Assembly: GCF_009914755.1 (NCBI RefSeq)
Contig: NC_060932.1
Reading direction: 5' to 3' (one strand)
Length of the DNA stretch: 64,000 nt
Source of the DNA: the human T2T-CHM13v2.0 reference genome, Homo sapiens
A program made the position numbers and the translations under genes. Positions within the stretch are counted from its first letter, which is position 1. Every line of letters begins with the position of its first letter. The notes under the pieces were generated by a model that saw only the letters and a list, made by a program, of their open reading frames with translations, was not told the DNA's origin and did no database searches. Of this stretch, positions 1 through 13,264 are shown piece after piece.

Positions 1-343
1 GTCACCACTGAGGCAACCAAGTATAAATCGGACTTATTCCAGTTGATACAGGAGCAGTTCTGTCTCCTGAGATAACTACTGAAATTCTAATTCTTCCCAT
101 CACTATTAGACCTGAGTAATATAGCTTATCCAAAGGCTCCATGAGCTAAACTCTGGGCATTGAGAACCTGGACAATAGGAAACAATGGTTAGAAGGGAAC
201 TCACAGATAAATCCCTCCTCTTTCCTTCTCACCACTCTCTCCTGCATCTATCAGGATCCACTCAGGAGACTGAAATCCCAGCTGCAACTTTAACACACAC
301 AAAAAAACTTAATGTAAAGACTTTTAATTAGATAAAAGGCAGT

Positions 344-735
344 TGTATTAGTCTGTTTGATTTGCTATAACAAAATGCTGGGTGCCCTAAATAACAGAAA
401 TTTACATTCTCACAGTTCTGGAGCCTGAAAGTCCAAGATCAAGGTTCCAGCTGGGTTTCCGGTGGTGGTTCTCCTCCTGGCTTGCAAATGGCTGTTTTCT
501 CACTATCCCCTCACTCACGTGGTCTTTCGTCAGTGTGTACACACAAAAGAAGAGATGGGGAGCTCTCTGGTGTCTCTTTCTTACAATGCCACTAATCTTA
601 TCAGATTAAAACCCACCCTTATGACCTCATTTACCCTTAATTATTTCCTTAGAGGCCACATCTCCAAATACAGTCATGCTAAGGGTTGAAGATTCATCAT
701 ATGAATTTGGAGGTACATAGACATTCAGTCCATAA
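344..735 (-). mobile_element. MaLR solo LTR (MLT1A/B-like)
   Basis: Typical antisense MLT1 text: TGTATTAGTCTGTTT...TTCTCACAGTTCTGGAGCCTGAAAGTCCAAGATCAAGG...CCCTTATGACCTCATTTACCCTTAATTA...CATTCAGTCCATAA. Confidence 0.8.
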
Positions 736-911
736 TATACCATAACTTTGATCAGATTTTCCAAGTGACCTAAATCTAAGAAAATTTAACAATCACTGAT
801 TTGGAAATTAGAAAGTTACAGGGATGCCATGCCTAGAATGCACAGGTTTTCTTTAAGTTTTATTAATTAAGATATTAACAGGTTAAAAGATAGTAAAATA
901 TAAAAGATGAG

Positions 912-1860
912 ACAGCCATTGGTTTTGCCTACATAATATCTATTCTCCTATACCTCCTTACTGTAGTAGACTTGGGAAAAAGTAACTATAAATTTCCCCC
1001 TTTCCTGTAAGTATTGTGAGTTTGCCATCCTCCCATCAGGAAGTAATATCTCTCTCTCTACTTGAACTTTGGATTAGCCATGTCATTGGCTGTAATCAAT
1101 GGGACATTAACATACATAATATTAAATGATGCTTAAAAAGTACTAGTGTATTGGAGCTTGTCTTCTCTTCCTTTTTTTAGGAATGCTGGGACTACCATGA
1201 GAAGTCATATCTTCCTGGATCAGGAATGGTCATATAGAGAAAGAGGAAGGCCCAGCAATCCCAGCTGAAATCTTAGACAAGAGTTTAAGGCTATTGCAAA
1301 TTATTCAGTCGAGCTGTCACAGAACCGCCCCACCAACCCAAATTGTGAGATATAATATTATCATTGTTTTAGGCAACTATATTCTGAGGTGGCTTGTTAA
1401 ACTGCAAAATTCAATGTATTAATACATATCAACAAAATCCCAAATGTATTTGGTTTGGCAGTCTGGTTACTGAAGATAACCTTCCTGCAATCTATGGCTA
1501 CAAATGGTATCCTCTTGATCCAGCTCTGGCCAATGACGCATACACATACGTTGCTAATTGGTGTCTGGTAGTGGAGCCATCTAAAGGGAGGCAATTCTTT
1601 TGGTTAGAATGATTCTTTGGCCCTTTGCTTTTCCTCCTCCTTCTTCCCTGGAATGCAGATAAAATAAAGGAAGCATATTTCAACCATGAGATAAAAGTCC
1701 CACTCTAAGAATGGTGGGACAGGAAAATAGAAAGCAATTGAGCCCTGATGGCAGTTTAGCTGCCCTACCAGGTCAGGACTACACAATCTCCAGACTTTTT
1801 GTTGTATGAGAAAAAAAATCTTTAATCCACTGGAATAAATGAATGCAAATACTAACTCAA
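912..1860 (+). mobile_element. Old MaLR LTRs: MLT1E/F/G-like (~962-1427) nested in an MLT1J/K/L-like LTR
   Basis: MLT1-type motifs (CCATCCTCCCATCAGGAAG, TTGTTTTAGGCAACTATATTCTGAGGTGGCTTGTTA; CAACCATGAGATAAAAGTCCCACTCTAAGAATGG); highly diverged. Confidence 0.5.
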
Positions 1861-1869
1861 CGTATTAAA

Positions 1870-2900
1870 GAAGGTGGAGTCACTGACGGTTCCTATTTTG
1901 CTGGCTTTGTCAACTGGATAATATTTCCATTAATCCAAAGAAAAGGCATATTTGGGGATAAGATAAATTTAGAAAATACTGAGTTTAAAGTGCCTATAAA
2001 AGGTATAGAAGACAGGGAAGATGAGAGGTAAGCCAAAGCTGTTATAATGCTGATACTTAGAGGGAAGATCTGGGTTTGAGTGTAATTTAGGGAATCATCA
2101 GCCAATGTTGTGGTAGGTAAAACTGTTAGAGTGCATGGGATTTCCCAGGAAGAGTCAGAAGAAAAAAGTGTAAAGGAAGAATCTTAGGAAACAGCAGTTG
2201 TTATAGGATGGTTGGAGCAAAGTGTTAAGAAATACAGATAAAAGAATGCTAAGAGGGTTAGACATAGACTCTGGTGAGCTTAATATAAGGATTGAGCATG
2301 TCCTTATTGGATTTACCAATCAGGAGGCCACTAAGGCCCTTTCTGAGAGCAGAGTCCCTGGAGTGGAACCAGCTAAAGCCGGATTATGGTGGGTGGAAGA
2401 GTGAATGAAAGGTGTTGATAAGGAGACCATAAGTCGACTTGGCTAGCGAATCTTGGCTGCAAAGGACAAAAAAATAGGGCAACACCAGAAGGAGACAGAG
2501 TAGAGAGGAAATTTTGCTTTTGCTTTTTAAAATATTTTGGTTTGTTGGTAAGACTTGAACCTGTTTATAGCCTGCAGGGAAGAAACCATTGCAGAGGGAG
2601 AGTGTGAAGATATAAGAAAAAGAAATACTGTAATTGATAGAACAAGGCCAGGCATAGGCAGGAAGGGATGGAATCAAGAACACAGGTGGATGGATTAACC
2701 TTAAACAGGAGTTGAATCTCTTCTTCCTGTGAGAGCGTCAATATTTCCTCCTGAAAAGGGGAAGGTGCACTTAGATCTACATGGATATACAAGAGAGATA
2801 CAAAGGGCCTGACTGCTGTAGTTTCAGCTTTTGTCTGCTGTCTGATCTTGATTGGAGTCATGTAAGAGATCAGGAAGGCAGAGCTAGTGGCTTCTCTTGT
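1870..2900 (-). mobile_element. L2 LINE fragment
   Basis: Purine-rich antisense L2 motifs (GAGTTTAAAGTGCCT, GATCTGGGTTTGAG...GGGAATCATCAGC). Confidence 0.55.
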
Positions 2901-3774
2901 TAAACCATGGCAGGAATCCCGCACCAGCTGCTGTCAGCTTTTGAAAGCATTCACTACTCATAAATTAATACCTACACGCTACAGTGCTACTTAATTAGTC
3001 ATCGTTAATATTTCAAATATTGTGGATTACAACAAAACAAAAACATATAGTGTCATAGATTGATCATTCACCTACAGTTTCTAAAATGAGCAATATGCTT
3101 CCAGAAGAGAAGTCTTGTTCTCATGACACAATTATTGAGGAATTTGAATACGTTTAACCAGCTCAGGTTTATACAGTCACTGTCCTGAAAAGAGGATAAT
3201 ATTTTCTGTAATTAGATAATAGAAAAATATGTTCGGAACACACTTGCATTTTGTTTTGTAAATAAGATAAAATTGGAAATTAGAATGAGGCAAAGTGGAA
3301 AAATAATTGAGATGATGAAGCCTGCTAAGTTCAGGGACAAATTTTTGGCAGTATGTTGGAGGGCTTTTCAAGAACTGTTTGCAGTAGCATTGGTAACTTC
3401 ATGACTTGAAATTAAAGTACAGAGGGGCATAGACTGTAGAATCAATCTACAATAAAGGTTTGAACGATAGTGGTCAAAAATTATACTAAATAGATGAGAT
3501 AAGTGAATATATTTTTTGCTTTTTACATATATTTTTCTTAGTACTTGATTTTTATAATTAGTGTTAATTAACTGATTTTTTTTTTCCTTTCATTTGGATG
3601 TCTGATATATTACAGACCATGTGCCTTCAAGCAAATGCTCCTTTTGGATGTATCTTGTATCTCTTTTATTTTTTTAATATTTATCATTTTTTTGAGATGG
3701 AGTCTTGCTCTGTCCCTCAGACTCTTTTAGCCTCTAACTTGAATTGCAGTGATGTCTTTTTGCCTCTTTTGTTT

Positions 3775-4020
3775 ATGGGAGGCAGTATGACATGGAAGAT
3801 GCATGCCACCCTCGGCTCTGGAACCATATCAGCTCTGACTTACCAGCTTCATGACTTGCTGATTCCTCAGCTTCCGCGATCACCAGTAAAATGGTGTTTA
3901 CGATACAGATCTTCTAGGGTTGTTGTAAGTACTCAATGTGTTAACTAATTAAAATCCCATAAAACAATCCTGGCATATTAAAAGCACCCTTAAATTTAAA
4001 AATGTCAGCTATCATTAAAA
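3775..4020 (+). mobile_element. MIR SINE
   Basis: CAGCTCTGACTTACCAGCTTCATGACTTG...CCTCAGCTTCC...GTAAAATGG core. Confidence 0.55.
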
Positions 4021-4245
4021 TATAGTGATGATTTTTTAATGGTTATTTCATTCAGTAAATCTTCTACATATGCTAAATATTTAATAATGTGAACTTCAAC
4101 AAAGAGTAGTTTTCGGTTGCCCTACCAAGTAGATTTTTACTTGTTTTTGATGAGGTTGTCCCTGGGTATCCATGGGTGATTGCTTCCAGGACTTCCTGAA
4201 GATGCCAAGATCCGAGAATGTTCATCTCTAATGTAAAATGGTGTA

Positions 4246-4557
<312 letters not shown>

Positions 4558-4740
4558 TCACCTAAGTATTAATACATCCTCCAGTATACTTTAAATCATC
4601 TCTAGATTACTTATAACACCTAATTTAATGTAAATATTATATAAATAGTTGTATTGTTTAGGGAATAGTGACAACAAAAAAAGTTTGTAAATGTTCGGTA
4701 CAGATGCAACCATTCATTTTTTTTTTTCCCAAATGTTTTC

Positions 4741-5016
4741 CGCCAAGTGCGATGGCTCATGCCACCAGCAGTTTATGAGGCCGAGATGGGTGGATTGCTT
4801 GAGCTCAGGAATTCAAGACTAGCCTGCGCAATCATGGTGAAACCCAGCATCTACTAAAAACACAAAATTACCTGGGCATTGTGGTGCATGCCTGTAGTCC
4901 CAGCTGCTTGGGAGGCTGAGGTGGTAGGATTGTTTGAGCCTAGGAGACAGAGGTTTCAATGAGCCAAGATGCACCACTGCATTCCAGCCTGAGCGACAGA
5001 GGGAGACCCTGTCTTA
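4741..5016 (+). mobile_element. Alu (older, J/S)
   Basis: Diverged dimer with very short tail. Confidence 0.9.
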
Positions 5017-5668
5017 AACAAATATATATTCGATCCTCGGTGTGTTGAATCCAGGGATGCAGAACCCATGGATAGAAAGGGCTGACTGTATTTGATGAGG
5101 TCTAATTTTGAAGGAGTATAAAACTTATAGCAAGGTACCAAAAGCAAGCATGTGAGTGTATAAGTATAATCAAGTCCATCTTTCTTTGCTGCTGCTGCTG
5201 CTGTTCCTTCTCCTTTTCATCCTCCTTTTCTCTTTCTTTTTGAGAAAATGAGAGATGGCTTTGTGTGCATATTTTCAGAGTCCAAACAGGAAGTAGGTAC
5301 CTCTTAGCTGTTTTTTGAATTTTTGAAATTTGCTTGTCAACTGGATCCAAAGCTGATAGTGAATTTAATCCAAAAAAAGACAAATAGCATAAAATTTATA
5401 TGAAGATATTTAGAAGAAAAACTAGTATTATAATAAATTGATGATCTGAGTGAAGATCAATAACCTTAATGATTAATACACACAAAAGGAATGAAATAAA
5501 TTGAATGATTATGTTATAACGCTCCCTAGTGTAATAGTGTGTTTCTTTCCCTTTAGCTATAATTTTACATTTTTCTTTCATTTCTTATACTTGTTTTGGT
5601 TTGTAAGTAAGAAAACAACTAAACTCAGAGGAATGGAGGATGCCTAGAATCAGCATTTTCTTTTATGC

Positions 5669-5682
5669 CCACTAGATGGCAG
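5669..5682 (+). promoter_or_regulatory. CTCF core motif
   Basis: CCACTAGATGGCAG matches CCASYAGRKGGCRS at all 14 positions, in apparently non-repeat sequence. Confidence 0.7.
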
Positions 5683-5721
5683 GTATAGGACTCTGAATGC
5701 TTTTCAGGAGCTGTGTCACCT

Positions 5722-5744
<23 letters not shown>

Positions 5745-5753
<9 letters not shown>

Positions 5754-6140
5754 TTATAATTGCACTCATGTAAAGTTCAAAAATAGTCAAAGCTAATTGG
5801 GTTAGAAGTCAGGATAGTGGCTACCTTCAGAAGAATGAAGCGACTGGAAGGGTTTATGGAGTACTGCAAATACCCTATTTATTTTATTTTTAAATTCATT
5901 TATTTTTTTAATTGACATATAACATTGTATGTATTTATTATATACAACATAATGTGTTGAAGTATATAAATATTGTGGAATTGTTAAGTCTAGCTAATTA
6001 ACAAATGCATTACCTCACATAGTTATCATTTTTGTGAGGGGAATACTTAATATCCACCCTCTTGGCATTTTTTAAAAGTACAATACCTTGTCCTTAAGTA
6101 TGGCCTTCATGTTGTACAATAGATCTCTTGAACTTATTTT
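5745..6140. mobile_element. Old L1M 3'-end fragments (L1ME-like on +, L1MA/MB-like on -)
   Basis: TTAGAAGTCAGGATAGTGGCTACC; TTACCTCACATAGTTATCATTTTTGTG...TGTACAATAGATCTCTTGAACTTATT. Confidence 0.65.
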
Positions 6141-7489
6141 GTTACCCATTCTTATTTGCAGCACTAGATGAGAAAACCAGTTTTGTTCAAAGCACAAAAT
6201 TTTAGAAATGAATCATTTTATCTTCAGCCCCCTCCCCCAGTCTCCTACATAGATCCTAAAAAACAAACAAAAAAACGACTGGTAAAACTGGTAAAGGAAG
6301 GTAGGGTTTCTAATAAGGCTTTTAAGTATTTTCACACAATACACTCGTTTTCTGTCTTTTTCCTTTCTCCTTTGGACACATACAATCCAAAATGTGGTGT
6401 AGTCTCTGTGTAATCTCAGTTCTCTTATTTTTTCACAGTGGAAAGATCCCTGTTGCCCAATTGCAAGGGGCAGTGAGAGAGTACATTGTAAATTGTTTGT
6501 AGATTTACTTTGTTTTCTTTATGAAAAAAAGAGAGTAGGAAATTGGGGAATTTTAAATAGTTCTTTTTTCCTTGTTTCTCACCGTTTTGTTTAAAGTTTT
6601 TCTTTCTTTCTTTTTCTTTTTCTTTTTTTTCCTGGCTTGAAATACAGCTGAAATAACTGAATTTTCTACTTGAAACGTGTGTGCCTCTCCACTGAGGGGC
6701 CAAGGCCCTGGAAATGTAAAGGGCCAATCTTTGTTACAGAGGGGTTCATTGCAGTGAAGGGCGGGTTCTGCAAAGACAAACAGGTCTCACAGATAGTTGC
6801 CAAGGGCACCGAATACATCTTTGCATTACACCTTGAACTAGCATGCTCATATCACCTGTTTTTATTGCATGCACCATAAATGACTGTAAAAGTTTGCAAA
6901 TCTTGTAGAGACCTTGGCAATCAATACTTCAGCAGGAAATCTACAAAGAGGGGAGTGGGAAGAGAAGGGATCCAGCCTAGTAGTTTGCCTATTTGTTACA
7001 AGAACCATACCTTGACATTGAGAATTATTAAGTATGTTCGATTTTCACGGTGTCTCAGCCAGATGCGTAACATACGCAGAGTAGTTTCAATTTAGACGCT
7101 CAATTTGAAATCTTGGCTTTGCATTTTTATTTACAGGTAACGGAGTCTGGGAACATTCCTGTGGCCTTCCTTAAACTGAACTTACTCTGGGTGCTTCTGA
7201 TCTGTGACTTGAGCGCAAAATAAAGACTAATTTTTATCTGGGTCAATGTGGGGCCAACTAGGGTGGCCGGTCCTGAAGGCCACGCCTGCAGCTTTAGTGT
7301 TTTTAAATGTCTGACCACCAAACGGGTCATGCAAGTGTATGGACTTTTTTCTTTTCTTTTTAGAGTCTGCACAGTGATGGTAGGACTGGGAGTACTAATC
7401 AATCCCTGTGCCATGTTCAATCGGTCTGTTCTACTGATTTTTTTCTTGTTGTTCTTGTTTCACCGTGTTAAATTTAAGTCTTTAAGAAG

Positions 7490-8620
7490 TGGACGCCCCG
7501 TGGAAAGCCCGACAAATGAAACAGTAGAGGAGGGTACCAAAGTCCCGGGGTCCCAGTTGCAGTCCGCTATTGCTCCAGGCCCAGCGGGGGCGGACCTCGT
7601 TGGAGGCTACGGTGCAGGTCGGAGAAGATGAAATGGCCTAGCATCCCCCTTCCCAGGGGCTCGAGTCGGCAGCTTTAGAGCTCCGACAATCTGTGCCCTC
7701 GCTTTGGGCTGCGCCAGGGAGCAAAAAACCTCTGCTTTTTTGAAAGAGGCCGGGGCAACAAGGTAGAGAGCCGCGGCCAGAAGCAGCCCCGGGCCATAAA
7801 CCCGAGGCCTGGATGGCTTAAGGCTGAAACCGCCTCCGCCCCCACCCTCACCCTGCTGGCCGAGCCCTCCCCACTCCTAGCCACAGTGACCGGAATCCCA
7901 GACTTCCCTTCTGATGCATAAAACATTCAGTGGCCTCCAGGGAGTTTTTGAAATTCTGGCGGAGGCTGCTTTATCCGTTGTTTCGCCCCCTGGGTCAAAC
8001 ACTGGTCCACTGGGTGAGTTGGAGGAGCGAGTAGCTCAGCTATAGATTAAATTTAACCTGAGCCCCGGTGGCCGCGTCCCGCCCGCGGTCCTTTCTATAC
8101 GAGTGGCTTTGAAGGTGTCACCGAGCTGTGCCCAAATCTAGAAAAGAATGGGAGGAGAACTGCATGAGCTTTTAATTTTCTTCCCTTTTTCCCCCCTTCC
8201 TGCGTGTAAACTGGGGTAAGGGTGGGCGGTAATCCCCACTGATTGAGCCCGCGCGGGGAGGTAAGGACTCCGGCGTGGGTGCCACCGCGGTTGCGAAAAA
8301 TCGGGTTCTGAACCCGGTCAGCAGGAGTGGCAGCGCCCCAGCAGCACCTAGGCAGGAAGAGGACACTTCCCGTTCGCGTTTGGTGATGGTTTCATGTACC
8401 AGGACATGGGTGCGGAGTTGTCCTCAGAAATAGGGTCTCTGGATGCTGAAATCATAAAGACCTTTTCCCTGAGGTTGTGCGCGCGGGCCCGCGCCCTCCC
8501 TACTTCCTGAGCCCTCTGCCTGAGGCCACTGCTTTTAATTAATAGTATCAGAACGGTTCGTGGGAGAACCTGGAGTTCTTATCAAGACAATCTTGGTGGC
8601 GTTGGGAAGCGCGAGAGTAG
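7490..8620. promoter_or_regulatory. Weaker upstream CpG-rich block (possible alternative or divergent promoter)
   Basis: Elevated GC and CpG relative to the flanks, GC boxes (GGGGGCGG ~7586, CCGCCC ~7836), no obvious repeats. Confidence 0.6.
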
Positions 8621-10689
8621 GGATGGGGGGATGGGGGTGGGGGGAATGGTGTAAAAAAGTACCAAAGCGAAAAGGAAAAGTACAGGCTAAACGAGACATT
8701 TAATAGGAAAGTGAAGTAAAGGGTTTTTTGACGCCACATTTTGTGTATTTAGTTTTAGGTTAAGAGCAGATGCAACATAAATATATATGTGTATAATTTC
8801 CCCCTAACCACTAACTAGCGAAATGGAACATTGTATCTACTGAGAACCTTTCCCTGAAAAATTATCCTGAGCCTTTCTTCTTATTGTTGTCCAACCCCCG
8901 CCCCCCGCACCCCCAAGCATCAGGGGACGACTCTCCATAGAGCACATTTTTCATCTTCAGCAGCTTCAAGCCATGCCATGGAGAATCGTAATAAATTAGT
9001 TTCAGGAACAATATAAGTGATGCTCTAAAGCTTGGTCGTGTAGCATTGGTTTATCTAGTAAAAACTGCCAAGCTCCAGAGGGGAGTCAAATCCTTGTTCC
9101 TTCTAGTTCTTAACGTCGTTTATTTATTCATTCATCCATTCATTCATCTGAAACCCCTCCTTTCTTGCTCCTGGCACAGGAGGATTGGCAGTGTTACCTA
9201 AACTCTTCTCAGGGGTTTTTAAAAATTGAACAAATGCAATGTTTTTCTTAGATAATAACTAAGACTTCACAGAGTTTAATTTCTTGAATGCATGACTTTT
9301 TTTCATTATTGAAAATCCTCGTGTTGATAAATTTTATCGCAAAGGTTCTACATATTGTGTCAAAATAATTTTGTACACAGAACATGTGATTATTTCCTGG
9401 TAGATCAGCGATTCTACCACATACCAGAAATGAATTGATTATCCAAAACCCAACCCACTTACATCGCAGATTAACAGTGGAATAAACTGAGACTATTGAA
9501 TTAAAATATTATTTCTCTGCTGAGAACAAGAGATGTCAGGTGTCATTAAAGCTTCTGTGAATGAGGATGAAGAACTTGTCTCCAGACTTTGTGTTTTATG
9601 GAAACTATACATTCATATTTTGGCATAGAATAGACCTTCATTCTCCAAGTATCTGGAAATATTTTTAAAGAAAATGTCCACAGGTGATCTGTAAACAACA
9701 CACCTATGAAAGATTTGCATAATAAATATAACCCGTTAATTGTAACTCTTTTGCCTCTGCCGTGTCTGGATGGTTTCCCATGAGCGACATGAACAGAGGC
9801 CACTTTCTTGACACGGTTTGCAAACCGCGTGGGCAATGAGGAACCAAAGAATATGTTTTGTTCAAAAAGGTCGATTTTAAGAAAAATAGTATATGATCTC
9901 TCTCCTTTGTCCTCATTTCTAAAACAGCCAACAACTTGTTTTTCAAAGAACCTTTCAGCAAGATATTCAGAAGGAGAAAACTGAGAAAGTTTAGTAAATC
10001 CGATCTAAAAAGAAAAAGAAAAAAACACCTAGCCCTTTGATCTCCCTGGCATTGTTATTACAGCCTTAAAATATCAGCCAACCCTCTGGTAGGAAAAGAA
10101 AAATCTTACGGATTAAGTAACTATTTATCTCACGATGATAATTACTTGTTTGACCTGAAGTCACTCATTCCTGAAACCACGAGTTAAATTGTTGAGATGT
10201 TTTTAAAAGCCGGCGCTCTGGCTATATTTCTGGTGAACAAATGCCTGACCAAGAAGATCAGCGCATCTGGGACGGGTCTGAGACCCACTTCTGCAAGTCG
10301 AAAGCTAAAGGGTATGGGAGGGAGAAAGGGAAGTTTTCCATCAAATACATATCTAAAGAGGTACTTAAAGACTAAAACCACAGGTAGCTGGCACGGATGG
10401 GAACGGAAAACCATTCCCCCTCCTCTTCCCAGAACTCTTGCTGAGCTAGGTGGTCAGGAGCGTCATGGTAGAATATAACCCCAGAGGCCCAAGGTGCAGT
10501 TTGAAGAAACGGTGGCGGCTTCCCCTAGTGGTGTGGCTTCAGAGCTGCTCCTAGGAAGCCATTTAATTCCCTTTAATGATATTTCCAGCCGTTTTCTGGA
10601 CCTCATGAGCTCAGGATGAAATCAGCATTCTAGGGTCAGCAGGCTTCTCCCTGCTACCACGTGTCCAGAAGCACTTCCACAAGCCAGGG

Positions 10690-11690
10690 TTGACATCGCC
10701 CAAGACGAGGCGTGACCCGGGGCGGGGGAGGGGACTTCGCCCGCGTCGCGTGAAGGATGCCCTGGCCTTGGGCTGCAGGCGCGGACCCCCGGGGGCTCCC
10801 CAGGGTGTAGGAGGCGGAGACTGATCCGCTCTAGCCCCGAGCGGTCCAGCGCGGGGCGACTCGCCCGCATAGTGGAGATTCCGGCATGAGGCGGCGGCAG
10901 TCACCGCCTGGCTGCCCCGCGGAGGCCCGGGAAAGCCGCTGCGGTCTCGGGAGGCCGGGCTTTGGGACTTGCTGGCCCGACCGCCAGTCGCCCTGGGGCC
11001 TTGGGAACAGGGAAATGCGCGCGCCGAGGCGGTGGCGGCCTCGCTGCTTTCAGTTTTCATTGAGTCTGCTGGTTACTGTTTAACGTCCCCACCCACGTTT
11101 CAGTTTGTTTAGTAAATCGATCGGACTGTGAGAGTCAGGCCGCTGCCCTGTCGCCATTGAGCAAAGCTAATATTCTCCCAGCATATGGTCTAAAATCTTT
11201 GCTAGAGATCGGGAAAAAGAAACAAACAAACAAACAAACAACAACAAAATCCTTAAGCTTCCTCTCCCAAGTCCCCCCATCCCCACCCCCACTTCCCACC
11301 TCCTCGCTTTCAGCAAACTTCCCAGCCTGGGAAAAGTGCGGCGCGGGACAGCGCGGCGGGGTGGGTGGGGGACCTGCTGCCGGGAGATGCGGCGGCGGCC
11401 GCGCGGCTGACTGCGACTCGGGAGCTCCGGGAGCGGCCCGCGCAGGTAAGTTTCTCCGCCGCCGCCCGGGGCCCGGGCTGGCCGCAGCGCACCGCCCCGG
11501 CGGCTGCCGGGCAGGAGGAGCCTCGGTTCCCCTCGGGCGGCTGAAGGAGGGGCTGAGCCTCAGGACCCCTAGGCCAGGCCGTGTTGAAAGCAGATACCCC
11601 GAGGCCTCGCCCAGCCTGCGCTGGAGGGAAGAAGGCGCTGGAGGTGCGGCAGCGGGCAGTGGGGGGACCGGGGAATTGAAAGGTGCCAGT
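10690..11690. promoter_or_regulatory. CpG island promoter
   Basis: Dense CpG and GC boxes, repeat-free, contains a perfect 5' splice site. Confidence 0.9.
11290..11445 (+). other. Putative non-coding first exon of an unidentified gene (start position approximate)
   Basis: GC-rich segment in the CpG island ending GCGCAG|GTAAGT at 11445/11446; its only ATG (11387) opens a 7-codon uORF. Confidence 0.7.
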
Positions 11691-11700
11691 CCTCTACCTT

Positions 11701-11722
11701 AGAAAAGAAAGAAAGAGAGAAG

Positions 11723-11758
<36 letters not shown>
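11701..11758 (+). repeat. (GAAA)n/(GA)n polypurine microsatellite
   Basis: Directly visible. Confidence 0.95.
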
Positions 11759-12956
11759 TTGTATTTGTTTGGGTGCAGAGAAAGCTTTGGTGGCTGTAGC
11801 GGGTCATGTGATTCCCAGGTCTCTGGGGGGTCTTCCGTGTAAGTACTTCTGTGGCCTGGGGCAAGGCCAGGACAAATGGATGTTCGTGGACCCTGGAGGT
11901 CTGTGGGTAGGTGCTTGGTCCTGCAGCATCACCCCATGCATGGCCTTTGCTCAAGTCTCAGCTTCCATCCATCTCTCATGGACACATCTTGGGAGTGGGC
12001 ATCTGCCGGTGATGCCGTTGGGGGATATTTTAAATACAGTATTGAGATCTTCCTAGTTAACTTTGGGATGAAATGTCCTTTGGAAGCTTAGTTAACAACG
12101 TGCCAGTTAAGCAATAACCGTTCTGTGTCTAACTGAAATAAGCCAGCACGTGATAAGATCTTAGAATGGAATGAATATATGTGCTTCATACCTGATGATC
12201 TGTGCTTATAAATCTTGCTCGGAACTGAGTCAAAGCACTGTACAACAAGCAAAACAATCAGCATGAGTTTTCACTTGCGGGCAAGGGCAAGAGAATACAG
12301 AATCCAGAAGCTCAAAAGTGAATGGGATGTCCCGGAAACTAAACACTTATTGAGAGCACCATTTCCTGGTTTTGTTTTTGTTAGTTTCTTCTGCTTTCTC
12401 GTTAATTTTACAGGTTTCCCTTCTCTCTTTAGAAGCGGTTATTTGTCATTAAACATTCTTCCTGTCTAGCTGTCACCGTTTTTCCTTAGGAGTCCTCCTG
12501 TCCCCACCTCCTCACCACCACTCCCTCTCTTTTCATGTCCTGTGGATACTCTCACTCAAGCCACCTGATCTGCTGTGTGGTCGAAGTAGGTGACCAAGTA
12601 GTGTTGGGCTCTTTCCTGGTATCACTTGAAGGTGTGGCAAGGAGAGGGAGGTGGTGGTGAGTGGTGGTAAACTGCTCATTTTTCACTTTTCAAAATGGAG
12701 TGGAAAATTGAGAGCCGTTTGTCTTCCCATTTCTCCTAAGCTCCAGTTATGGGCCCACAAATAAGGACATTTTTCCAAAGTGCTTTATGAAGGTTCAACT
12801 CTTTTAGTAAAGTGTGTTTATTAAGATCTCACAAATATTGCATTTTTAATCACGGTTATAGGCATATGGGATAGCGCAAATTTATTTTAGGGATTGCTAA
12901 GATTAAAAAAAAATACTCCTCATGCAAATAATAAGTATTTGTTTTTGAGTGCCTTG

Positions 12957-13264
<308 letters not shown>

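Noticed and set aside
5188-5203. (CTG)5 tract giving QQQQQQ in a minus-strand ORF
   Set aside because: Short repeat in low-complexity non-coding sequence.
7248-7631. 127-aa ORF with hydrophobic stretch
   Set aside because: GTG start; hydrophobicity comes from T-rich DNA; no family similarity recognised.
10516-10536. CTCF-like motif CCACTAGGGGAAGC on the minus strand (and a partial one near 7985)
   Set aside because: Mismatches at key core positions.
10611-11702. ORFs of 149 aa (-) and 181 aa (+) in the CpG island
   Set aside because: G/A/R/P-rich products expected from GC-rich DNA with few stops; the 181-aa ORF has a non-ATG start and runs through the splice donor; no recognisable domain.
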